This document shows, piece by piece, positions 1 through 8,119 of a stretch of DNA of 42,448 bases (positions within the stretch are counted from its first letter, which is position 1; the number at the start of each line of letters is the position of its first letter). This stretch comes from a virus (lineage: Duplodnaviria; Caudoviricetes), in the IMG/VR virus record IMGVR_UViG_3300048861_000119, positions 1 through 42,448 of that record. One strand, given 5' to 3'. Made by a program: the position numbers and the translations under genes. The notes under the pieces are model-generated. The model was given only the letters and a program-made list of their open reading frames with translations. It did not search any database and was not told where the DNA came from.

Positions 1-24
1 CCGCCGGCTACCCGGCCATCCCGA

Positions 25-30
25 TACAAT
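25..30 (+). promoter_or_regulatory. Candidate -10 element of the native host mutS promoter
   Basis: TACAAT about 50 nt upstream of the stranded mutS ATG at 81; no convincing -35 within the window. Confidence 0.35.
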
Positions 31-98
31 CGAACCTTTGCGCGGCCGGCACGGCCGCGCGCGTTATTCGTCCGGGATTAATGGAAAAAAGCGACCTA

Positions 99-127
99 TC
101 CGGCCACACGCCGATGATGCAGCAGTA
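99..127 (+). repeat. attL (core ATGATGCAGCAGTA at 114-127)
   Basis: TCCGGCCACACGCCGATGATGCAGCAGTA matches 41671-41699 at 26 of 29 positions; all three mismatches are synonymous third positions. Confidence 0.92.
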
Positions 128-160
128 TTTATCAAGGCAGAAACTGTCGCGCCGAACAAG

Positions 161-182
161 AAGCTACGCCAATACTTACGCC
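161..182 (+). repeat. Putative integrase arm-type sites (tandem AAGCTACGCC, TACTTACGCC)
   Basis: The same 10-mer family occurs three times near attR (41462-41532). Confidence 0.7.
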
Positions 183-183
183 A

Positions 184-199
184 GTGCAGACGTCTGCAC
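184..199. repeat. 16-bp perfect palindrome GTGCAGACGTCTGCAC, copy 1 (parS-like)
   Basis: Identical copy at 34314-34329; one-mismatch copy at 19713-19728. Confidence 0.8.
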
Positions 200-222
200 G
201 CTCTCACTTTAGGGACTGGTTG

Positions 223-1197
223 ATGTCGCGACAGGAAGTGTACGAGGGCCTCTACGGGGAGATGTTTGAGGATCTCTTTGAGGCGGATTCGTTTCCAAAT
301 CTACGCCCCCTCCTTGCCCACTACACGTCGGTGAGCACGCTTGAACAGATCCTTCGTTACGATCAAGTATGGATGTCCAATCCGCTCTTTATGAACGACG
401 TGGACGAAATCCGCTGGGGCATGCTGGCAGGGCAACGCATATTCACAGAAGGTGAAAAGGTTGTCGAGGCAGCCTGTGGAAGCGATCGCAGATACCAGGC
501 ACTCAAGAGACATGTACTGTTTTGCTTTGAACGATTCGTTGAGGAACATGCTTTCGATGTATATGCTTTGTGCTTTAGCCTACACGATGCCGAAGTGAAC
601 CGTGACGGCCTGCTTTCCATGTGGCGCGGTTACGCGAACAATGGCGAAGGGGCTGCACTAATAATCGATACCGAACAGATTCCCTTCCGTCCGGGGTCAC
701 CATTGATACTTTCTAAGGTGACGTATGCCACAACCGATCAGCGTGAAGCGTGGTTGCGAGGGAAAGTCGAACAACTAGCCAGATTGGTCCACGACCTAAG
801 CGACGATCACCTTGACCTCGCCGCACACGTACTGTTTGAGCGGATCAAACTGTTCTCCCTATTCACGAAACATAAGGGATTCGACGAGGAGCGGGAGTGG
901 CGGCTTGTGTACCTGCCAGACTTGGACAAGGCGGGCAAATTTAAACCCATGCTCGACTACCATCTCGGCCCGCGAGGATTGGAGCCGAAGCTCAAGCTGC
1001 ACTTACCGACACTGGGCACCATACTTGAAAACAACGTAACCCTCGAAGCCTTGACTCGGACATTGCTGCTGGGCCCCGCGCTATCGAGCGAATTGGCTCG
1101 CCGAACGTTCATACGAATGCTGGACAGAGTTCAAAAGCCATCGTTACGAGATAAAGTCGCAGGCTCCTCGATCCCATTTAGGTCGAGTGCAAGGTAA
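223..1197 (+). CDS. DUF2971-family protein (possible defence cargo)
   Basis: Motifs LAHYTS, MND..E, CFS...LLSMWRGYA, K..F.EE.EWR. ATG 223 preferred over GTG 184, which lies inside the palindrome. Lower GC than the phage core. Confidence 0.8.
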   Translation: MSRQEVYEGLYGEMFEDLFEADSFPNLRPLLAHYTSVSTLEQILRYDQVWMSNPLFMNDVDEIRWGMLAGQRIFTEGEKVVEAACGSDRRYQALKRHVLFCFERFVEEHAFDVYALCFSLHDAEVNRDGLLSMWRGYANNGEGAALIIDTEQIPFRPGSPLILSKVTYATTDQREAWLRGKVEQLARLVHDLSDDHLDLAAHVLFERIKLFSLFTKHKGFDEEREWRLVYLPDLDKAGKFKPMLDYHLGPRGLEPKLKLHLPTLGTILENNVTLEALTRTLLLGPALSSELARRTFIRMLDRVQKPSLRDKVAGSSIPFRSSAR

Positions 1198-1238
1198 AGC
1201 AGCGCGTCGCCACGCCGGTGGGCAGCGCAGCGGGGCGC

Positions 1239-1841
1239 CTATGAAACATCCACCGTAGGAAGCCGATTCGCACTTGCTCTCGCCTTTCTCCCCTCTAACA
1301 GGGCTACATGTTCCTGAAGGGATTCGCTAAATTCCCACTTTGCATTTTCCAACCGCAAGGCAGGAAGTTCGTAGCGTTTCCGGAAGCGTTTGGCGAGATC
1401 CAACGCTCGATTGCCATTGATCGCCGCCTGGTCGCAACACTCGTCCTCCACATCATCCGCCCCTGCCACACGCGACATAAACGCAATGGAATTTTTCGCG
1501 TTATTTATCTCGAGCGGCAACTGCAACGCTTGGGCGACCAGTTCCTGAGCAAGACTTTTCCAATCGGTTCCTTCTGCGAAGGGCGTCAAGGTCGGAAGCG
1601 CAGAAGCCGGCTCGCCCATAGAGCCCCGCGACTCCCTGAAGTCCCGGTGATCCGAGACGGTGTGTGCACAGTCCAAAGCAAACCGCTCAAGTTCGATCGC
1701 CGTGCGGATCGCCCAATACCGAGCTGACGCACTGGTCCGCTTAGATTCCAAACGACTCGCCATCAAATGGGAAGCGAACGCGGCGACTACGCCAGAGCCG
1801 AGAATTGACCCCAGCATTGGAAGAATATTATTCAGGGGCAT
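1239..1841 (-). CDS. Hypothetical protein with N-terminal membrane anchor
   Basis: 200-aa ORF with hydrophobic N-terminus (ILPMLGSILGSGVVAAFASHLM) and a helical remainder; AGGAGAGG upstream. Confidence 0.7.
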   Translation of the reverse strand: MPLNNILPMLGSILGSGVVAAFASHLMASRLESKRTSASARYWAIRTAIELERFALDCAHTVSDHRDFRESRGSMGEPASALPTLTPFAEGTDWKSLAQELVAQALQLPLEINNAKNSIAFMSRVAGADDVEDECCDQAAINGNRALDLAKRFRKRYELPALRLENAKWEFSESLQEHVALLEGRKARASANRLPTVDVS

Positions 1842-1947
1842 GTGACCCTCTCCTGACTTATTATTGGGTTGGGGTGTAATTTATCCGAGTCCCCTATACG
1901 CAGCTACTACACCGCCCTAAAGAAGAGCCAGGAGCTGGAGCCTTGAC

Positions 1948-2667
1948 ATGTGCGGCCGTATCGTCCAGAAGGGAAACCTCGACGACTACCTGGAACGCGT
2001 GATCCGCGCGCCCAGGGCAGGGGAGCTCTTCCCACCCGACCCGGTAGGCCCCAAGTACAACGTGCCTCCGGGAGTTCGTATCCTGGCCATTCATCGCCTT
2101 GGCGAGGACGGCGCCGAACAGATGGAACGCATCTTCTGGGGCTACAAGCCGGCCGGCGCCAAAGTGCCGATTTTGAGCAATGCGCGCCTGGAAACGATCA
2201 CCGCCGGAAAATGGCCGTGGGCAATGCTGATGAAGACCGGAGGCCGGGTTCTCGTGCCGGCAGATGGATGGTACGAATGGAAGCGCCTGACGCCGGATCC
2301 GAAAGGGCCGAAGCAGCCCCATTTCATCCGTAGCGTTACGGACGAGCCTCTTTACTTTCCTGGCTTAACCGCGTGGCGCCCTGGTAAAGAGCATGGCCCT
2401 GAACACGGAATGGCTATTGTGACGAACGACGCCAAAGGCGGCTTGGTCGATATCCATGATCGCCGGCCGATCGTGCTTGCGCCTGAGCTGGCTCAAGAAT
2501 GGATGGACCAGGCAACCACGCCACTTCGCGCCCGAGAGATTCTGATGTGTGGCCTACCGGAAGCCGCGTTTCGGTGGCACCCTGTCAAGCAGGCGATAGG
2601 GAATTCCAAGTACGAACGGCCAGATGCCCCTGATCCAGTGGAGGACCCGCCGCCGTCCCTTTTTTGA
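1948..2667 (+). CDS. SOS response-associated peptidase (SRAP; YedK/HMCES family abasic-site protector)
   Basis: Starts MCGR (catalytic Cys2); NARLET, GWYEW and IHDRRP motifs. Confidence 0.93.
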   Translation: MCGRIVQKGNLDDYLERVIRAPRAGELFPPDPVGPKYNVPPGVRILAIHRLGEDGAEQMERIFWGYKPAGAKVPILSNARLETITAGKWPWAMLMKTGGRVLVPADGWYEWKRLTPDPKGPKQPHFIRSVTDEPLYFPGLTAWRPGKEHGPEHGMAIVTNDAKGGLVDIHDRRPIVLAPELAQEWMDQATTPLRAREILMCGLPEAAFRWHPVKQAIGNSKYERPDAPDPVEDPPPSLF

Positions 2668-2681
2668 GAGGAAATAGAGCT

Positions 2682-2897
2682 ATGGACCACCGCGCGGAGC
2701 CCTGTGCGCTGGGCGAGCAAGACCTGCGCACCATCGCCATTGCAACGGGCGTGCTACCAGCCGACGGCGAGATGACGTCCGCGCTCCTGGAATACACCAG
2801 GGTCATCGTCGTGCACTGCGCCTCCATAGGCGAACGATATGCGGATGAGGATGGATCGGCGGGCGATGAGATTAGAGCTGCGTTCGGATTCGCGTAA
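2682..2897 (+). CDS. Hypothetical protein
   Basis: ORF directly after SRAP with GAGG upstream. Confidence 0.55.
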   Translation: MDHRAEPCALGEQDLRTIAIATGVLPADGEMTSALLEYTRVIVVHCASIGERYADEDGSAGDEIRAAFGFA

Positions 2898-3303
2898 AGC
2901 CGCAGCAGGTTCTGTAACGTCTTGTGACCGTCGCGCCCCAAGGCGAGGCCCAGCCGGCCGTGACGGCGCCGCAGGGGCAGAGTTCTTTACGTACTATTGC
3001 GGCAAAACGCGCGTGCAATATGTTACAGAGCGTTCCGGCAGCGGATGAGCAATTTGATACTTTCCGGTCGCTGATTGATGTTCGTAGCAGTCATCAAGAA
3101 GCAACGCAAACACACTTCGCCACGGCCCAGGCCGTGGCATTTTTTCGTCCCCGACGCCCAGTTGAGACCGAAGCCACTAGACCGCGCTGGCACCACCATC
3201 AGTCCTTGCGCATCCACAGGGGATGGGTATACGGTTGAAGCAACTCTTCCGACCGGCACCGAGGCGATGTAGGTGCGCAGGCCGGCCCATATCAAGGAAC
3301 CCA

Positions 3304-3540
3304 GTGTCCCCGTTACAGGCTGAGCTGGTCGAACTGGCTCGCGCGGATCGGCATATTGCAGAGGCACAAGAGCGGATCGCGGTTCAGCGGGCCGCACGTC
3401 AGCGTGCTTTCGACCAGGGATGGCCCACCGACACCGCCGATAAGCTGTTGGCTACGATGGAAGATTCATTGGTCTTGATGGAAGCCCATCGAGATCAAAT
3501 CCGCCGCCATATCGCCGAACTTCAGTCCGAACGGACCTAG
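3304..3540 (+). CDS. Small helical hypothetical protein
   Basis: GTG start after AAGGAA; coiled-coil-like sequence. Confidence 0.55.
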   Translation: MSPLQAELVELARADRHIAEAQERIAVQRAARQRAFDQGWPTDTADKLLATMEDSLVLMEAHRDQIRRHIAELQSERT

Positions 3541-3557
3541 CGGCGATGCGTGGCATA

Positions 3558-3577
3558 TACTGTGTATCCATACAGTA
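3558..3577. promoter_or_regulatory. LexA (SOS) box
   Basis: TACTGTGTATCCATACAGTA matches the beta/gammaproteobacterial consensus TACTGT-N8-ACAGTA, 13 nt upstream of ATG 3591. Confidence 0.92.
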
Positions 3578-3590
3578 TTCAAGCCCTGCC

Positions 3591-3929
3591 ATGCCGCTCC
3601 GGCCGCCCCTAACCCACGAAGATCTCGCGCGGATCCGCGCCCGTTATGAAGTCACGGCGACGCGGGCCCCATGCGCCTACCAGGACAAGGTTGTCTGGGC
3701 GGACGTGGTTACCCTGCTCCACGAAATCAAGCGCCTGCGCGCCATGCTGCTGCGCGCCGAGCAACTGCGCGAGCGCTTCCCCAAGCCCGGGGGGTTCCTG
3801 GACCCGGTATGGGAAGAGTTCGTGCGCGAGCTGGCCAAAGAGCCCTGTGTGGTGGAACTGGGGCGGATCAAGGAAGAATTGATCGCGCCGCACGGTCGCA
3901 AGGTCAAGCCGAAGGCCTCGGAACCGTAA
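3591..3929 (+). CDS. Predicted LexA-regulated hypothetical protein
   Basis: 112-aa ORF (MPLRPPLTHEDL...) immediately downstream of the SOS box. Confidence 0.8.
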   Translation: MPLRPPLTHEDLARIRARYEVTATRAPCAYQDKVVWADVVTLLHEIKRLRAMLLRAEQLRERFPKPGGFLDPVWEEFVRELAKEPCVVELGRIKEELIAPHGRKVKPKASEP

Positions 3930-3989
3930 CCTGCCGCCATGGCACGCACCTTGCTATTCGTCAAAATCTCACCGAGCGAGGAGACAGGC

Positions 3990-4172
3990 ATGGTAGACAA
4001 CCTGACCAACCGCGGCCCGCAGGACCGTTCCCGCATCGCATTGAACGAGGAATGGGAGGTCCGGTACTGGACCAAGGAATTCGGGATCAGCCCCGATGAA
4101 CTCCGGCACGCCGTGAAAGAAGCCGGCAGCAATTCCGTTGAAAAGGTCCGCGAGCATCTGAAGAAGAAATAG
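3990..4172 (+). CDS. DUF3606-family protein
   Basis: RGPQDRSRI...EEWEVRYWTKEFGISPDELRHAVKEAG signature; RBS GAGGAG. Confidence 0.88.
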   Translation: MVDNLTNRGPQDRSRIALNEEWEVRYWTKEFGISPDELRHAVKEAGSNSVEKVREHLKKK

Positions 4173-4174
4173 CC

Positions 4175-5182
4175 GTGCCCCGCCTCCCCGATTTCATCAA
4201 GCCGCAGCTGGCGACCTTGGTGGAGGCGCCGCCACCGGGCCGCTATGCCTATGAGATCAAGTTCGACGGGTACCGGATGGTTTGCCGGGTCGATGAGGCG
4301 GGCGTGCGCTTCTTCAGCCGCACGGCCAAGGACTGGACGCCTAAGCTTGCCGACCTAGCCGCGCGTATCGAGGCGTTAGACCTGGCCGGGACCGGCTGGC
4401 TCGACGGCGAGATAGTCGTCATGGACGAGTTCGGCATCAGTAGCTTCCAGCGGCTCCAGAACGCCATGGACCGCAGCGTGGCGAAACAGGTCCAGTTCGT
4501 CGCCTTCGATATCCCGTATTGGAACGGGACGAACCTGCGGGACTATCCGTTCAGCGAGCGCGCGAAGGCCCTACAGGCCGTACTGGCCGGCGTGCCGGAT
4601 AGCGCCGCGATCGTTCGCAGCGTCGTGGCGGAGGTCGAATCGGCCGACGATGCCGCATCGTTACTCGCGCAGGCGTGCGAACGGCAGTTGGAAGGCTTGA
4701 TCGGCAAGCGCATGGACGCGCCGTATCGCGCGGGGCGTACCGATACCTGGATCAAACTGAAATGCCGGCCGCGGCAGGAATTTATCGTGGGTGGCTGGAC
4801 AAACCCAGGCGGCTCCCGCACGGGCTTCGGCGCCCTGCTGGTAGGCCTGCGCGACGGCCCCAAGCTGCGCTATTCCGGCCGCGTGGGTACCGGGTTCAGC
4901 CAGAGGACCATCGACATGATCATGAAGCGCCTGGCACCCCTGGCGACGGACGAGATGCCGTTCGCCGCAAGACCAGAGATGTCCGACCGTTGGGGCGGCA
5001 ACTCGAAACCCACCATGCACTGGGTGCGACCAGAATTGGTCGTGGAGGTCGCCTATACGACTATCACCGACGCCGGCATCCTGCGGCAGGCGTCCTTCCA
5101 GGGCGTGCGTGAGGACAAGCCGGCGCGGCAGGTGACGGGCGAGAAGGCATCACACGTTCGCAATACAATGCGCTCGGCCTAA
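4175..5182 (+). CDS. ligD: ATP-dependent DNA ligase (stand-alone LigD-type ligase domain)
   Basis: EIKFDGYR adenylation motif, LDGEIV, AFDI, LEGLIGKR, WIKLK and GRVGTGF. No polymerase or phosphoesterase domain. Confidence 0.92.
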   Translation: MPRLPDFIKPQLATLVEAPPPGRYAYEIKFDGYRMVCRVDEAGVRFFSRTAKDWTPKLADLAARIEALDLAGTGWLDGEIVVMDEFGISSFQRLQNAMDRSVAKQVQFVAFDIPYWNGTNLRDYPFSERAKALQAVLAGVPDSAAIVRSVVAEVESADDAASLLAQACERQLEGLIGKRMDAPYRAGRTDTWIKLKCRPRQEFIVGGWTNPGGSRTGFGALLVGLRDGPKLRYSGRVGTGFSQRTIDMIMKRLAPLATDEMPFAARPEMSDRWGGNSKPTMHWVRPELVVEVAYTTITDAGILRQASFQGVREDKPARQVTGEKASHVRNTMRSA

Positions 5183-5201
5183 TAACGAGACGAGAGACAA
5201 A

Positions 5202-5597
5202 GTGCCATATCGCAATGCTGTTACCGCTGTCCTGATCGCAGCGCTACTGGCCGGCTGTGCCGCGAGAAGCAGCACGAAGCGGGCAAAGGACAGCCCACAG
5301 GTTGCGCCCTACAGTGGTCCCGTGTGCTTCCTGCCCACCCCGCTACCGCCCGACGTTAAAGCGACGTCAATCGGAAAACTCGTGGGTTCCAAACGCTGGT
5401 ACGGCGGCACCACCGAAGTGCTCCAGGTCGCGGCCGATGAAGCACGCCATTCCGGCGCGGACGTAGTGACAAACGTTAAGGCTGGTCACCGTGTCGGCGC
5501 ACTGGCATGGGCGCGGCCGGTGGCCACTGGTGACAGCTACCGTCTTGACGAAGGCGTCACCATCGATTGCGTGAAGCTCGGCGGCACGTTGAGATAG
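5202..5597 (+). CDS. Lipoprotein
   Basis: Signal peptide with lipobox LLAGC; two further cysteines. Confidence 0.8.
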   Translation: MPYRNAVTAVLIAALLAGCAARSSTKRAKDSPQVAPYSGPVCFLPTPLPPDVKATSIGKLVGSKRWYGGTTEVLQVAADEARHSGADVVTNVKAGHRVGALAWARPVATGDSYRLDEGVTIDCVKLGGTLR

Positions 5598-5650
5598 CAG
5601 GCGGACGCCGGCGCGCAGATAAAGGAACAGGCATTGCCGGCGCTTGGAGC

Positions 5651-6442
5651 CTAGATGAGGCTCGCCGGCTGTGCGGCCAGATCCCAGCTAAAAATAAGCA
5701 GCTCACCACGTTCAGGGCCACCACCGCCACCTACGGTGTACCGCAGGTCGGTGCGCTCGATATGAAAGCCGCTGAAGGCCTCGCGAATGGCCGGGTGGTC
5801 GTTCAGGCTGATGATGGCCCTGCCCTGCAAACGCGGCAGCAACGCCGCCAAACGCTCATATTCGGAGAACGGAAAGTCAACGCCATAACCTTCGGTCTGC
5901 CAATAGGGCGGATCCATGTAAAAAAGGGTGTGGGGCCGGTCATAGCGGGTCACGCATGCCTCCCAGCCCAGATTCTCGATATAGACGCTGGCCAGGCGCA
6001 AATGCGCAGCTGAGAGGCTCTCCTCGAGGCGAAGCAGGTTCAGACCTGGCGGCGTCGTTGTAGCCGTTCCGAAGGACTGGCCGTCGACACGACCGCCGAA
6101 AGCATTTTGCTGCAGGTAGTAGAAACGGGCAGCGCGCTGGATATCGGTGAGGGTTTCGGCGCGGGTCTGCTGCAACCACTTAAACACCTGCCGCGAAGAC
6201 AGCGCCCATTTGAACTGACGCACGAATTCCTCGAGGTGATGCTGCACAACCCGGTAGAGGTTGATCAGGTCACCATTGATGTCGTTCAACACCTCGACGT
6301 CCGCCGCCACCTGGCGCGCGAATAGAACGGCCGCACCGCCGGCGAAAGGTTCTACATAGCAACTGTGAGCGGGGAAATACGGAAGGATCCGATCGACCAG
6401 GCGCCGCTTGCCCCCGATCCAGGGAATGATAGGTTGGGTCAT
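5651..6442 (-). CDS. DNA adenine methyltransferase (Dam/D12 class)
   Basis: PWIGGKRRL, YVEPFAGGA, EVLNDIN and DPPY motifs; start MTQPIIP at 6442. Confidence 0.93.
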   Translation of the reverse strand: MTQPIIPWIGGKRRLVDRILPYFPAHSCYVEPFAGGAAVLFARQVAADVEVLNDINGDLINLYRVVQHHLEEFVRQFKWALSSRQVFKWLQQTRAETLTDIQRAARFYYLQQNAFGGRVDGQSFGTATTTPPGLNLLRLEESLSAAHLRLASVYIENLGWEACVTRYDRPHTLFYMDPPYWQTEGYGVDFPFSEYERLAALLPRLQGRAIISLNDHPAIREAFSGFHIERTDLRYTVGGGGGPERGELLIFSWDLAAQPASLI

Positions 6443-6466
6443 TGCAAACCAATCTGTTAACCTCGG

Positions 6467-6570
6467 CCCGCTCACGCGTGAGTGGGGGGCCTTGGCTGGC
6501 TTGCAGCTCGCTCTGCAGGTCGGCGCTTGACGGTCGTGTTCCTGCACGGCCGGCGGGCGCCCCTCTTTCT
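6467..6570 (+). ncRNA. Candidate structured RNA antisense to the methylase leader
   Basis: Three-way junction whose G-U pairs form only on the + strand: 6486-6490/6559-6563, 6495-6506/6513-6524, 6525-6538/6545-6558. Extended -10 TGtTAACCT at 6455-6463. Confidence 0.65.
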
Positions 6571-6600
6571 CTAGATGGCGTCGACCCTAAGGCCTAACGC

Positions 6601-7125
6601 CTATCCGCGAATGTCCATAGGCACACGCGGATCTGCCTGGGCCTTGCCGCGGTAGAAGCTGGCCACGCCCAGGATGCCGCCTAGCATCAGCCACACCGTT
6701 TCCGGCACGGGCGGTACAGGAATCTTCAACAGCGGCAGCACAAAGTAGCAGCCGAACACCATGATTCCCGCCACGAACCCGATGAACGGCCGCCAGGTGT
6801 AGGTCGGCCAGTGGCTCGCACTCGCCTCCGCCTGCATGGTGGCGTTCACCGCCTGGATGCGGGCGGTCTCGGCGGACAGCGCGTTGGCGGCATCCTGCAC
6901 TGTCAGCTGGCGTAGCTGCACGCTCTGGTCGGCCTCGATTTGCTTGAGCTTCACCGCGGCGTCCGGGTCGGTCGCCAATGCGGCCGACACAGCGGCTGGG
7001 GTGTTAGCTGTGCCCAACGCTGCGGCCACCAGGCCCCCGATCGCGGTACCGGCCGGGCCGCCGATCAGGGTGCCAAGTATCGGCGCGGCTTCTCCTACCG
7101 CGTTGGCGATGTCTTTCCAGTCCAT
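6601..7125 (-). CDS. Holin-like protein (GTA 3TM holin family)
   Basis: WRPFIGF motif followed by two transmembrane segments; adjacent to the endolysin. Confidence 0.8.
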   Translation of the reverse strand: MDWKDIANAVGEAAPILGTLIGGPAGTAIGGLVAAALGTANTPAAVSAALATDPDAAVKLKQIEADQSVQLRQLTVQDAANALSAETARIQAVNATMQAEASASHWPTYTWRPFIGFVAGIMVFGCYFVLPLLKIPVPPVPETVWLMLGGILGVASFYRGKAQADPRVPMDIRG

Positions 7126-7126
7126 G

Positions 7127-7690
7127 TCATTTCCCTTGTGATTTGTCTGCGCCGAATACCGCGCTCGCGATGCCCCAGCGCCGCAGCCGGTCGTCGTACC
7201 CGTTCATGCCACCGTTGATACGGCGCGTCAGCGCCTGAAAATCGCCCGAGTCAGCGATCTGGTTGCAACCGTGGGTTGACCACCACCAACCGGCGGTGCG
7301 CGCGGCCAGAATCGGCTGCTCGAGCAATTCGGGATGCTCGATTGCGTCAACCTGCAGCGCGGCCGCTGCGGCTGCATAGTTGGCCCGCCCAGTGATCATG
7401 ATGAGTCCGCGCCCCATGAAGCGCTTGCCGTCGCCTGCCTGGGTGTTGCCAAGGTCGGCGCGGCCTTCGTATCCGTTCTGCGCCGGGGTCGGCCCCCACA
7501 GTTCCCGCGCATACACGAAGCCAGCGCTTTCATGTCCCACCTGGGCGATGAACGCGGCCGCGCGTGCGGGCGACACGATCGCGAACTCCATCATGGCCCG
7601 TTCGACCGGTTCGTACCATTTGTCGACCAGCACAGCCGACAGCGAAGCCGCGATCGCGAAATCTTCCTTGAGCATTGTCGTGTTCACCAT
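7127..7690 (-). CDS. Glycoside hydrolase family 19 endolysin
   Basis: FIAQVGHES, GRGLIMITGRANY and TRRINGGMNG motifs; start uncertain (7690 or 7675). Confidence 0.92.
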   Translation of the reverse strand: MVNTTMLKEDFAIAASLSAVLVDKWYEPVERAMMEFAIVSPARAAAFIAQVGHESAGFVYARELWGPTPAQNGYEGRADLGNTQAGDGKRFMGRGLIMITGRANYAAAAAALQVDAIEHPELLEQPILAARTAGWWWSTHGCNQIADSGDFQALTRRINGGMNGYDDRLRRWGIASAVFGADKSQGK

Positions 7691-8061
7691 CGAATGAAGT
7701 CCTTCAGCTGACGCAAGCACATCAAGACGATTCCAGTTATCGCTATCCATGTACTTGATTTGAGGAGGTGCGTGACGACCTCGCGCCGGATTACCTGGCG
7801 CTGTTCCTCACGCGCAATTAGCAGCTCGTGATAACGACGATGGCCGTCGAGATCGCCGTCCGGAAAGCCCGTCTTGACTGCCGCAGATACAGCCTTCAGC
7901 TCTCGATCGAGGGCCTCCATATGCTGCTGGTTCTCGAGGTGCATGGCCTCGTAGCTGCGCTGATCGGCCTCTCGTGTCTGACGAAGCTCCGCGAGCAGAT
8001 ATCGGACGTCCGGACTCAACCCCGGCGGATCGAAGTCGGCGCCTTGATGGCGGTCACTCAT
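7684..8061 (-). CDS. Lysis-cassette membrane protein (holin/antiholin-like)
   Basis: Coiled coil plus one C-terminal transmembrane helix; RBS GGAGG; first gene of the lysis cassette. Confidence 0.65.
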   Translation of the reverse strand: MSDRHQGADFDPPGLSPDVRYLLAELRQTREADQRSYEAMHLENQQHMEALDRELKAVSAAVKTGFPDGDLDGHRRYHELLIAREEQRQVIRREVVTHLLKSSTWIAITGIVLMCLRQLKDFIRW

Positions 8062-8075
8062 AAGCCTCCAGGCAT

Positions 8076-8096
8076 AAAAAACCCGCCGAAGCGGGC
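8076..8096 (-). terminator. Intrinsic terminator
   Basis: CCCGC-TTCG-GCGGG hairpin followed by a T6 tract on the minus strand. Confidence 0.85.
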
Positions 8097-8119
8097 TAGA
8101 ACAGATCGAAGCGCAGCGC

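Larger units (their letters stand above)
81..212 (+). pseudogene. mutS: Stranded original 5' end of mutS (16 MutS codons, then phage-derived codons to TAG)
   Basis: Translates [22 protein letters not shown]...; HTPMMQQY is the conserved MutS N-terminal motif; stop TAG at 210-212. Confidence 0.9.

Noticed and set aside
2924-3272. Short plus-strand ORFs between the SRAP block and 3304
   Set aside because: Competing frames, no clear RBS or motif; none can be supported.
4175-5182. Complete NHEJ system
   Set aside because: No Ku gene and no LigD polymerase or phosphoesterase domain in the window.
5651-6442. Restriction-modification system
   Set aside because: No adjacent endonuclease; orphan methylases after the lysis genes are common in such phages.
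6443-6547. 35-aa N-terminal extension of the methylase in the ORF track
   Set aside because: Family similarity starts at MTQPIIPW; the extension runs through the structured RNA element.
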